A stretch of DNA of 30,510 bases from Macrostomum lignano (taxonomy: Eukaryota): contig NIVC01004945.1 in NCBI GenBank assembly GCA_002269645.1, positions 1 through 30,510 on the forward strand. Direction: 5' to 3'. The translations under genes were made by a program, and so were the position numbers. The notes beneath the pieces were generated by a model, which worked only from the letters and a program-made list of their open reading frames with translations, was not told the DNA's origin and made no database searches. Positions 20,839 to 30,510 of the stretch are shown piece after piece. The stretch's first letter is position 1. Every line of letters begins with the position of its first letter.

Positions 20839-21075
20839 CTACAACTGCCTTATAACTTCAGCAAAGTTATAATAGCTGTCAAAATTGTTAATGACTACTC
20901 CGTGTTTTTCAAACCAGTGAGATTTAAGTGCTTGATTAATATTAGGGACATTGATATCAACGCCGGGCCAATATTTTCTCATGTACTCGCTGCATTCTAG
21001 TTTGCATTGGTACTTACTCTTGTAATTAGGCTCGTGCGCTTTGTAATAAGAACCTGGGGAGACAACTGGAAACAT
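20839..21075 (-). CDS. Small TIR-initiated ORF, right copy (78 aa), unknown function
   Basis: Starts in the right TIR and runs 95 bp beyond it; A-run start context. Confidence 0.5.
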   Translation of the reverse strand: MFPVVSPGSYYKAHEPNYKSKYQCKLECSEYMRKYWPGVDINVPNINQALKSHWFEKHGVVINNFDSYYNFAEVIRQL

Positions 21076-21541
21076 TTTTAGAGAAAATTTAGATTTTTTT
21101 TCAAAGGGTAAGGACCCTGGGTTAGGGGATTTAAAGTCTTAGGGATCTGGTAGCACGTTGCGGATTGAATGTGGGGAGAAGAATGCAGATTATTTTCTGA
21201 TTGTTTCGAAGATGCTATGGGTGGATTTGGAGCTGTTATGCTCAGAGCATAAACCCTCAGAGCATAACAGTAGGACACCTGTTATGCTCTGATTCTGTCA
21301 GGGATAATATGGATGGATTTAATGGGATTATGGAGGATGTTTTGTGAGCGAGTGCGACCCCCTTTTTTCTGATTCTGTCGGGGATAATATGGATGGATTT
21401 AATGGGATTATGGAGGACGTTTTGTTAGCGAGTGCGACCCCCCTTTTTTTCTGATTCTGTCAGGGATAATATAGATGGATTTAATGGGATTATGGAGGAC
21501 GTGAAAAATTTTGTCCCAAAAGCCCCCTCATGCCTTCTACT
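20934..21541 (-). repeat. Right terminal inverted repeat (608 bp)
   Basis: Reverse complement of 4972-5579. Confidence 0.95.
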
Positions 21542-22684
21542 TGGCTTTGAGCTGGGGTGAGTTGCCTTGTGGCTTTGAGCTGGGGTGAGTTGCCTTGTGG
21601 CTTTGAGCTGGGGTGAGTTGCCTTGTGGCTTTGAGCTGGGGTGAGTTGCCTTGTGGCTTTGAGCTGGGGTGAGTTGCCTTGTGGCTTTGAGCTGGGGTGA
21701 GTTGCCTTGTGGCTTTGAGCTGGGGTGAGTTGCCTTGTGGCTTTGAGCTGGGGTGAGTTGCCTTGTGGCTTTGAGCTGGGGTGAGTTGCCTTGTGGCTTT
21801 GAGCTGGGGTGAGTTTCCTTGTGGCTTTGAGCTGGGGTGAGTTGCCTTGTGGCTTTGAGCTGGGGTGAGTTGCCTTGTGGCTTTGAGCTGGGGTGAGTTT
21901 CCTTGTGGCTTTGAGCTGGGGTGAGTTGCCTTGTGGCTTTGAGCTGGGGTGAGTTGCCTTGTGGCTTTGAGCTGGGGTGAGTTGCCTTGTGGCTTTGAGC
22001 TGGGGTGAGTTGCCTAGCGGCTTTGAGCTGGGGTGAGTTGCCTTGTGGCTTTGAGCTGGGGTGAGTTGCCTTGTGGCTTTGAGCTGGGGTGAGTTGCCTT
22101 GTGGCTTTGAGCTGGGGTGAGTTGCCTTGTGGCTTTGAGCTGGGGTGAGTTGCCTTGTGGCTTTGAGCTGGGGTGAGTTGCCTTGTGGCTTTGAGCTGGG
22201 GTGAGTTTCCTTGTGGCTTTGAGCTGGGGTGAGTTTCCTTGTGGCTTTGAGCTGGGGTGAGTTTCCTTGTGGCTTTGAGCTGGGGTGAGTTGCCTTGTGG
22301 CTTTGAGCTGGGGTGAGTTGCCTTGTGGCTTTGAGCTGGGGTGAGTTGCCTTGTGGCTTTGAGCTGGGGTGAGTTGCCTTGTGGCTTTGAGCTGGGGTGA
22401 GTTGCCTTGTGGCTTTGAGCTGGGGTGAGTTGCCTTGTGGCTTTGAGCTGGGGTGAGTTGCCTTGTGGCTTTGAGCTGGGGTGAGTTGCCTTGTGGCTTT
22501 GAGCTGGGGTGAGTTGCCTTGTGGCTCCGAGCTGGGGTGAGTTGCCTTGTGGCTTTGAGCTGGGGTGAGTTTCCTTGTGGCTTTGAGCTGGGGTGAGTTG
22601 CCTTGTGGCTTTGAGCTGGGGTGAGTTGCCTTGTGGCTTTGAGCTGGGGTGAGTTGCCTTGTGGCTCCGAGCTGGGGTGAGTTG
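21542..22684 (+). repeat. 28-bp minisatellite, segment 3
   Basis: Same unit and orientation; resumes in register after the TSD. Confidence 0.95.
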
Positions 22685-22889
22685 CATAGCGGCTTGTTCT
22701 TCTAAAAAGTTAGAGGCAGAGCAGTGAGACTTCTGGAGAGGCTGTGAATTCCTGAACAAGCAGTGAGATTCTTGATGGCCGGGGTAGATCGTCTTGCAGA
22801 GGTCTACGAAGGTGAGACTTCTCAAAGACGCCCAGCTGTCATCATCAGGTGCTGCATTCACACAAAGCTGACCCAACTGAACTCCGCAG

Positions 22890-24184
22890 CCCCTCCGGGA
22901 TGAACTCCAGAAGAGCTGGATGGATCTGCTGAATCCCAAAGGCAGCCCGCTTTACTTCTGGTGAGTCGCCTGCTGATGAAGTCAAATTTCCAGTCTCACT
23001 AGATCTCCATCCAGTCTCACTAGATCTCCATCCAGTCTCCCTAGATCTCCATCCAGTCTCACTAGATCTCCACCCAGTCTCACTAGATCTCGACCCAGTC
23101 TCCCTAGATCTCCATCCAGTCTCACTAGATCTCCACCCAGTCTCCCTAGATTTCCATCCAGTCTCACTAGATTTCCATCCAGTCTCACTAGATTTCCATC
23201 CAGTCTTCCTAGATCTCCACCCAGTCTCACTAGATCTCATCCGAGCCTCACTCCTCAAATCTAGGCGTGAAGAGTTCAAGAAGCACGGCTCTTGCGTGGC
23301 AACTGATCCCAGGTTCAACACAACTTTTTTGTACTTTAAAGCAGCGCTTCAGCTTAACCAAAAGTACAACCTGAGCGAGTGAGTTCAGCTGCAATGGCTT
23401 TCGCCGTGATTTAATAAGCAGTTCATCACCTGCACCATCTCTGATAAACTTCAGAATGTTGCAAAAGGGGGGCGTGACGCCCAGCTCAACCCCTATTGAT
23501 GTACGTTTGGCCTCGCGGCTGTGAACTGATTATGTGGCTCCTTTTATGACTATTACGAGCTAATGCTAGCTAAGAAATTCTGAACTGTCAACTCGCACCT
23601 CTGACACCCCCAGGCATCCAAGATTCGCAGCGCGCTGCAGAGCGCCTTCGGCTTCAAGCCCATGGTCCGCTGCGCCAAGACGGTGAGATCATACTCACCC
23701 CACTCCGACACCCACCCCACTCCGACACCCACCCCACTCCGACACCCACCCCACTCCGTCACCCACCTCACTCCGACACCCAACCCACTCCGACACCCAC
23801 CTCACTCCGACACCCACCCCACTCCGTCACCCACCCCACTCCGACACCCACCCCACTCCGACACCCACCCCACTCCGACACCCACCCCACTCCGACACCC
23901 ACCCCACTCTATTACCAAACAACTTGCAGAATGGCCAGACATTTCTGTACGAGCTGCGCCTGTGCTTCGCCAAAGACCTGAGCCCGAATGATTGCAATGA
24001 GGAGCCTCAGCCTGCCCGCCCCTTCACGGTGTGGGGTGTGCTGGAGAAGACGGCGGCCCAGCTGCACCAGATGCTGTTCGGCTGGTCGACCCCGGGGTCG
24101 GTGTGGCTGCCGCGCCGCTCGAACGGGACCTACGAGTGCGGCGACGGCGAGCTGGTGCTGCTGCCGGACGCCGCTCAACGATGA
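22890..24184 (+). CDS. RNASET2: RNase T2-family gene, exons 5-9: 22890-22960, 23265-23378, 23455-23500, 23614-23682, 23930-24184
   Basis: PLRDELQKSWMDLLNPKGSPLYFW-REEFKKHGSC (CAS II)...YFKAALQL...GGVTPS...IRSALQSAFGFKPMVRC...LYELRLCFAKDLSPNDC. All junctions are GT/AG and in phase. The total CDS of 816 nt gives 271 aa. Confidence 0.9.
22994..23238 (+). repeat. 21-bp minisatellite TCTCACTAGATCTCCATCCAG in intron 5, about 11 copies
   Basis: Direct reading. Confidence 0.93.
23698..23908 (+). repeat. 17-bp minisatellite CCCCACTCCGACACCCA in intron 8, about 12 copies
   Basis: Direct reading. Confidence 0.93.
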
Positions 24185-24296
24185 TTTCTCTGAGGCTTGA
24201 AAAACGCCAAAATGTCACTAATTTATCAAATTAACTCGGCAAAGTTTACCAGCTGAGCCGCCTAATTCCCTCACAGGTATTCTAGAACCATGATTA

Positions 24297-24302
24297 AATA
24301 AA
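24297..24302 (+). terminator. Candidate polyadenylation signal of the RNase T2 gene
   Basis: AATAAA 113 bp after the stop codon. Confidence 0.5.
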
Positions 24303-24704
24303 AAAGCATTACAGAACTCGGTGCGGCTTGATAATTCAGCCAGCAATTTCAGCATGTACTTTTGAAACGGCTTTGCTAAGGTGAATTCTAACAAAATTTG
24401 TATCTGCCTCAAGCCAGCTGTGGGGTAAAAATGACTAAAATGGCTGCTGGTCACCTGACCAGGGCTAGCAGCGCTGACAGGTCTGCACCTGGCGGTCTCC
24501 CGCCGCGAAGCAAAACCAGCGGCACCTGGCCGCGGCAGGGGGGCACCGGCCATGAAATTGGAGAGTTTGGGAACGGCTGCTGCGCCTGCGGGCAAACTGA
24601 CTGTTCCGCAGCTGAATTTACCTAATTTTTAACCGCCAGCCACCGCGGGGAGTCTCTACTGCGGCAGGTTTTTCCTTCTCATCGTCACAATTTTATGAAG
24701 CTTT

Positions 24705-26576
24705 TTAAGTTGCCGCCCGCTTGCCGTACTGCAGCGGCGGGAAGTTGACGCGGAAGCTGACGTGGGAGGCGCACAGGGTGGTCAGCAGCTCCAGCAGCTC
24801 GGCCAGCGAGATCACGGAGGACCCCATCCAGAGGCCGAGGATGCCGCCGAGATGTGACAGCAGGTCCACGGTGGAGTAGCTGCGCTCCTCCGCGATGTAC
24901 ACCACGCTGAGGCTGAACGGGTACACCTGCACCCTTAAGAAGTGCCTGGAGATGAACTTCTGCACCTGCAGGCAGTGCGACTCGTTCGCGAACCTCCTGC
25001 TGCTGTCCATGCGGGTGCAGTCGCCGGGCCGCAGCCGCCGGGCCCGCACGGCTCTCACCACAGCGGGCAGGCGGGCATCGGGCAGGCTGGAGTTGGCGAA
25101 CTGCTTCAGGTACGAGTCCAGGATGCCCGAGAAGGTCTGGAAGATCAGCCTGGCGTCGTAACGGCCGTGCAGGTGGCTGGCGGAGTCGGGCAGCTCGGAA
25201 GTGAAGATCTGAAACTGGTAGCTCGATGAGGAGCACTGGTCCTCTGCGTGCTCAGCCTCCTGCACCAGCTGCTCGGCCAGTCTCAGGTGGCAGCGCAGCG
25301 ACTCCCAGTTGCTCCACAGGTCCGGCATGTTGAGCCTGACGAGCTCCCTGCAGGCTGAGAAGTTCGCCGCCTTGAGCAGCCCATCGCACAGGTCGCTGAT
25401 TCTCCGCTGGAATCTTCGGAAGCCGCCGCTCTGAGCGTCGAAGAGGTCGGCGCAGTGCCGGCTCGGCCTCAGGTGCGTCGGCAGGCAGACGGGGCCGGTG
25501 GGGAGGCAGCCGCACCTGGCCTGCACCTGCGCCGCCTCCTGCCACTCCAGCCGGTCCGCCAGGCTGGTCTTGTAGGTCCTCACCGTGGGCACCAGCGGGT
25601 CCCGAACGGAGAACTCCGAGGCCTCCTCGCACGGTCTTTGCGGCGTGTTGAGCAGCTGAGTTCGCACCTCCCGGAGCCCGATCTTCGTCTCGTGGCTGGT
25701 GGCAGCCATGATGGAGTCCTCGCTCACCCTCGGCATCGAGTCGGGCTCGTGCGCCGTCACCAGCACCCCGTTCGTCTCCAGACCCGTATCCGTTGAGCCG
25801 TCCAGCATCGCCGGGTCGCTCCAGTTGCGGAAGTGCGGGTCGGAGGCTGGCGAGTACATGATGAGGCTCAGGCCATCGTGCGGCCTCTCCTGGCTGCCCT
25901 CGGGGCGGAAGGTGAAGCAGTTGCCGTACTGCCGGTGGTAAAAGGCCGAGAACTGCGAGGGCTGGCACAGCGAGCCGCAGAACTTGCACTGGATCAGCAG
26001 GTCCTGCACGGACAGCCCCAGGGCGGTGGCGTTTCCAAGAAAGTGCAGCCCCGGCACCGACTTGGGCAGCTCGAAGACGCCGTGCGAGAGCGTCAGGAAG
26101 CTGCTGAGGTCCGGGATTCGCTTCAGCGCGTCGGGGTAGCCCGCCCTGAAGAAGCGCATCTGCCAGGCCTCGCACACGGTCACGCTGGGGAATCTGAAGT
26201 CGTTGAGGATCTCCCGCGTTGAGGACTGCAGTGGGAACTTGTAGTACTCAGACACCTGCTGGAACACGTGCAGGCCCAGGCAGCTCAGCATCACGGCCAG
26301 GACCGCCGCCCACGCGACGCCGCAGGGCGTTGAGCCCACGTGCCACAGGCCGTGGATTGCCGCGGTGTCCAGGAACTTCGCCACCGTCCGCCTGCGATGG
26401 CGGGACAACGCCAGCTGGCGGCACTTGGCGCCACCAACGACGGAGGCTGGCGCGGCTGGGGCGCGGGACGGCCTCGTGGATGCGTGGACCGCCGCCGACT
26501 CCTCCCGCAGCACCCACACAGGCGGCTCCTCCAGCGGGATCTGCACCGCTCGCTGCGACTCCGAGCAGTCGGCCAT
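24705..26576 (-). CDS. Intronless DEG/ENaC (amiloride-sensitive) channel subunit, 623 aa from the first ATG
   Basis: Pre-TM1 IHG, TM1, FPSVTVC, YGNCFTF, Cys-rich ectodomain and TM2 LGGILGLWMGSS. The reading frame stays open upstream to 26702 without an ATG. Confidence 0.93.
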   Translation of the reverse strand: MADCSESQRAVQIPLEEPPVWVLREESAAVHASTRPSRAPAAPASVVGGAKCRQLALSRHRRRTVAKFLDTAAIHGLWHVGSTPCGVAWAAVLAVMLSCLGLHVFQQVSEYYKFPLQSSTREILNDFRFPSVTVCEAWQMRFFRAGYPDALKRIPDLSSFLTLSHGVFELPKSVPGLHFLGNATALGLSVQDLLIQCKFCGSLCQPSQFSAFYHRQYGNCFTFRPEGSQERPHDGLSLIMYSPASDPHFRNWSDPAMLDGSTDTGLETNGVLVTAHEPDSMPRVSEDSIMAATSHETKIGLREVRTQLLNTPQRPCEEASEFSVRDPLVPTVRTYKTSLADRLEWQEAAQVQARCGCLPTGPVCLPTHLRPSRHCADLFDAQSGGFRRFQRRISDLCDGLLKAANFSACRELVRLNMPDLWSNWESLRCHLRLAEQLVQEAEHAEDQCSSSSYQFQIFTSELPDSASHLHGRYDARLIFQTFSGILDSYLKQFANSSLPDARLPAVVRAVRARRLRPGDCTRMDSSRRFANESHCLQVQKFISRHFLRVQVYPFSLSVVYIAEERSYSTVDLLSHLGGILGLWMGSSVISLAELLELLTTLCASHVSFRVNFPPLQYGKRAAT

Positions 26577-28627
26577 TGCCAAGACAGGGATCTCTGAGCT
26601 CGCACCCTCGAGGAGGAGAGCAGGATATACGGCTCGTAGAGTGGGGCGTGAGGGCGGGAGGCAGCCACTCCCGCCTGGATTCGCTGCGGCTGCCTCACTC
26701 AATCAGCAGCCTCAGACCCAAATCCTCTCCATCTCTCCCGGCCCGGCCAAAAAGTCGGCCAGATTAGTGCCTGGCAGCACGGAGATTATGAATCGGCCAC
26801 CCCATGTGAGTGTCTGCCGCAGCCCCGGCACTCCGGGAGATTGCATTCACCAAAGCTGGCCTGACAGATTGCGGATGACTTGGCCGCGCGAGCCGCCTCC
26901 CGGGGCTCCTGCTGGCGTTATTTATGCGGCAAGGAAACCGGCTCAGCCCTGTCCGGGCTGTCTATCTGGGCTGATCCTATAAAAAAGTGAGCCAGGCTGC
27001 TGACCGACTCAGTCGTTCCCGACCGAGCCGAACTGCTCGCCACACACGTGGCTCAATAATGCATGGCGCTCCCACAGCTCTGCTTATTGACTTGGATGCT
27101 GTTCTTCTGGAAAACAGCCTGTACTTCAGGCCATAACATGGAAAGCTTAACAAAATGGAAAGCCGCCTGCTGTCCTCGAGCATCGACCGGCCCTGTGCTC
27201 GGGTCAGACTTGATTTCTCGCTGGACATGGCTGGGCCAGTGGCTGCATGGGTCGAAGTCTGCGGTCACTACTCATTAGACCGACCCCCCGCGGGAGGCTG
27301 GGTCGGAGCTGCATCAGGCCCACTTCTCTCAACTCTCACAGGATCGTTGAGGTGTTCCGCTGTCTGACAGCTCGGCTGCTCCCCCTGCCAGCCATAATGG
27401 ATCAAACTTGTCCTCTGCTGCCCCTAACACGAACAGGCACAGCACAGGAGGCGTCACGAAACAGCGGCTGTGCAGTCTCATATTGATCTGTCACAGCATC
27501 ATTTTTTTAGATTTCTTCTGTTTTAGCAAGTGACTGTTCGGAGATCTTCGAGATGCCATCCTCTCAGGTCCTCAGGGCCGGGCGCTAAAGCCCCCCCCCT
27601 AGATCCGTCCCTGATTTCTTCTGCCTGCCTATAGCAAGTACAGCACGTCCTTTTAAGCAGATGCAAGCCGTATGAAAGATTTAAATAAAGGATTACACAT
27701 GCCATTTTCCAGAGCCATTATCATGAACCCTGGGGAATCTGAGGATTTATAGAAATCCAAAATCCCCAAACACGCATATTTTATCTCATGTAAAACATTG
27801 ACAAAGCGATTTCCCAAGACAACATCGAATACTAACGTATAAAACGCCTTGTACTCGTAGCTGAAACAGTGTCTTTATAGCTGTGCGTTGTCCTAATTTA
27901 CTGCTCAATAAGTACCAGTTATGAACTCGAGTCAGGCTTGTTAACTGACGCACTATATTTTATTATATTTATCATTTCATATGACATTTAATATTCCACC
28001 GATGCCAAATCTGATTCATTAGTTAAAATACAAATGTCAATTTTGTTATTATAATACCTTGTGCACCTTGTTGGCTCATCCAATATTATCCAATATACGT
28101 AGTATGTTTCAGCATTTGAACCTCTAGTAATTAACAGATGACGCAATGCCAACTCACAAGTATGTACAGTGTAAAGTGTACGTTTGCATTTTCGCCTCTA
28201 TCCCAAAGATTGATCTGATTGGCTGGCGGGATCAGCCAGTCCTCTCTCCTGCGTGCCAGCTTGTGCCGTATCACAGTGGAGAGATATGAAATGCGAAAGC
28301 CAAAACCAAATTTGGACATCCAGAGTTTCTGGGCTTCGCACAGGTCATTCAGCTCTGGTGCAGACGAACTTGTAAATGAGAGGGTGTCTGCGACCTCTAT
28401 AATTGGTCCAGACTGGTCCGATGAGTCATCCAGTCAATTCACCCACGCCACCACCCCGGCCCGGCACACGGCCCACACCCACCCCGCCTCCATTCAGCTC
28501 CACAAGCCAATGAATTAAAGCAGCCCCAAATAGTCAACCAAGCCTGTGACTGTGACCCTCACTTGCACTGCGAACTGTTACCGAGAAAGCCTTCGCTATT
28601 CCAGCCACAGCAGGCTGTTTTATCATC

Positions 28628-30280
28628 ATGGAGGTCGACTCTGAAGATATTCAATTGCTGTCAATGACAATGACCGACCTGCGATCCGACCAACTGGAGG
28701 TGAGATTGAGTTTGCTTTTGCAATAACAGAAATCGCTAAGTCTCGAAAAGCTCATGCTGGTAAAATGCTAGAAAGCAGTCAAAAAGTAACAGCTTTGATC
28801 CACCTCTAGCCATAGCTCTCCACTCTCTCCTCACCAGTCTAAGCTGGGGCCTTGTGACCCAACTTGCATCACCTACGGTTGAGACGAGAGCCGTGGGCGC
28901 GGTGTGAAATGTGTCACTTGGGACTGAGATCTGCGAACAGCTCTGATCACTGGTTTCGGGGTGCAAACTTTAGCATGCTGCTGAGCGTATTTTGACGTTG
29001 GAAGGCCGCTTTTCCAGACCGATTCGTACGGGTTGATGAATGAGTACATGTACTATTTTCGGACTTCTTGAACTTTAGGTAGATAAAATAGTTGCAGTTT
29101 TGATATGATCATAATTTTGTCTCTACAGAGGTTTTTGATGGTGCTGATTTCATATTTGAACTTCCTTTTTTTGTAGCTTAAAGCCAACCGCCAGGGCATG
29201 GGGAATGGGGGGGTTTAGGGTGGGGAGAATCTTCATAGGGATTGATTTTACGTACCTAAACTTCAATAGAGGCATGGAGATCTATTGAAGATTAGGTAGA
29301 TAAATTTGGAGACTAAGGGGGTCCAAGGGGGGTTGTAATGAAGCTTAATTAAATTAAAAATTCAGCAAGTTATCAAACACCTCCATGGAGAAAAATTATA
29401 ATCCTATCAAACTACATGTAATTGATATTAGCAGCTGTACTTACCTTTAAAATGGAGAAGACAACCGTAGATTAGTAGAAATAAGTATAGTTAAACATGT
29501 AAAGAATGTACGGCTAGTCACAACCATGACAGAACGACAGCGAATCAAAAGCAGGAGGTGAGGGTGGAGGCGAACCGTGAGTCAGCATTTTTTTAAAACA
29601 CTAATTTGACGTGGCAACTCTCGCTGCACTATAACAAAGTGAGTGAAGAAAAATTAAAACAGACACTCTTTTTATCAGAGTTGAAATTCTAACCCTCTAA
29701 ATGTTCTTTTAAAATGAATTTGTTAAATTGTGGAAAATATTTACGTTTGAGAGTCATGATTCTAAAAAAATTAAATTTTCAAACATACAATTCACCGAAA
29801 CTGCTTGCATCAAATTATCACTAATTATGTGGAGGATTAACAAATTGAGCTCCTGTTAGCTCTGAAGGTAATTTTTTGCAGTTTTTTTGCTTTATTATCA
29901 TTTTGGACAGCCTCTAAGACTCTGGCGAAAGTTTCAGAAAAATCGGAAAATCGGAAGTATTTTATGTACCTAAAGTTCAAGAAGTCCCTATTTTCTCTTG
30001 CAGAACCAGCTGCTGCGACACGTGGACAGCCTCAACAAGCCTTTGGTCAACCCCAGACTTCGGAGCAGCTTTGAGCAGCTGCGGGCTGAACACCCGAGAC
30101 GCTTTGCCGAGCTGTGCAAAGTGCACCTGTCCTTCATCACCGACGTGCCAGCCGACTTCCTGGAAGATGAGACCGCCTGCTCCGGCCCGCGACTCGCTGG
30201 ACATCCCGACGGTATGGCCAACAAATCCACGACTTCCCTCACTCGCTGGCTCGCCATCGGATTGCTGAGCCGCCCCGCAG
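28628..30280 (+). CDS. Two probable exons of an unidentified gene (28628-28699, 30004-30280) continuing beyond the window
   Basis: ATG-led 24-codon exon ending GAG|GTGAGA; acceptor TTTTCTCTTGCAG; 92 open codons ending CAG|GTGAAT; phases match. Confidence 0.55.
29061..29987. mobile_element. MITE-like element (927 bp), 30-bp TIRs, 8-bp TSD CTATTTTC; Merlin- or hAT-like
   Basis: GGACTTCTTGAACTTTAGGTAGATAAAATA (29061-29090) matches 29958-29987 at 29/30; TSD at 29053-29060 and 29988-29995. Confidence 0.85.
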
Positions 30281-30339
30281 GTGAATCGCTGGGTGAGCTT
30301 TTCTGGAGCTACTCCATCATCACTATCACTCCGTCACTC

Positions 30340-30510
30340 ACTCAGTCTCTCTCCGTCACTCTCGCCGTCACTCTCGCCGCCACTCCGCTGTCACTCTCGC
30401 CGTCACTCTCTCCGTCACTCTCGCCGTCACTCTCTCCGTCACTCTCGCGTCACTCTCGCGTCACCCTCGCCGTCACCCTCGCCGTCACTCTCGCCGTTAC
30501 TCTTTCCGGA
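30340..30510 (+). repeat. 12-bp tandem repeat CCGTCACTCTCG, running off the window
   Basis: Direct reading. Confidence 0.9.

Larger units (their letters stand above)
4972..21541. mobile_element. Full-length Polinton/Maverick (adintovirus-type endogenous virus), 16,570 bp
   Basis: Ends AGTAGAAGGCA...TGCCTTCTACT; 6-bp TSD TGGCTT (4966-4971, 21542-21547); 608-bp TIRs; INT, pPolB, protease, ATPase, MCP and penton motifs. Confidence 0.97.

Noticed and set aside
22845-23991. ORFs built from the intron-5 and intron-8 repeats
   Set aside because: They lie in introns defined by in-phase RNase T2 exons.
24714-24735. PPLQY near the DEG/ENaC C-terminus as a PY motif
   Set aside because: Does not fit PPxY spacing.
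24685-26982. Overlapping Arg/Pro/Ala-rich ORFs around the channel gene
   Set aside because: Shadow frames of a GC-rich CDS.
27576-27613. GCCCCCCCCTAGATCCGTCCCTG, like a MITE end
   Set aside because: No partner inverted repeat or TSD found.

Overview
Eukaryotic (animal-like) genomic DNA with a nested architecture. A 9-exon RNase T2 gene (+, 288-24184) has a 20.4-kb fourth intron. That intron opens with a 28-bp minisatellite whose unit copies the exon-4 splice-donor junction. Two unrelated elements have inserted into the array: a 1.07-kb non-autonomous DNA element (3320-4386, 3-bp TSD) and a complete 16.6-kb Polinton/Maverick (adintovirus-type) element (4972-21541, 608-bp TIRs, 6-bp TSD TGGCTT). 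The large element encodes integrase, protein-primed PolB, cysteine protease, packaging ATPase, major and minor capsid proteins, a parvovirus-type PLA2, an adenovirus pX-like protein, other candidate membrane-active proteins and an apparently spliced HTH gene. Most of its frameshifts are repaired by changing one homopolymer run, so it may be near-intact in vivo. Downstream are an intronless DEG/ENaC channel gene (-), two exons of an unidentified gene (+) and a 0.93-kb MITE with an 8-bp TSD. All family calls come from motif recognition by eye, not database searches; the host species cannot be determined from this window.
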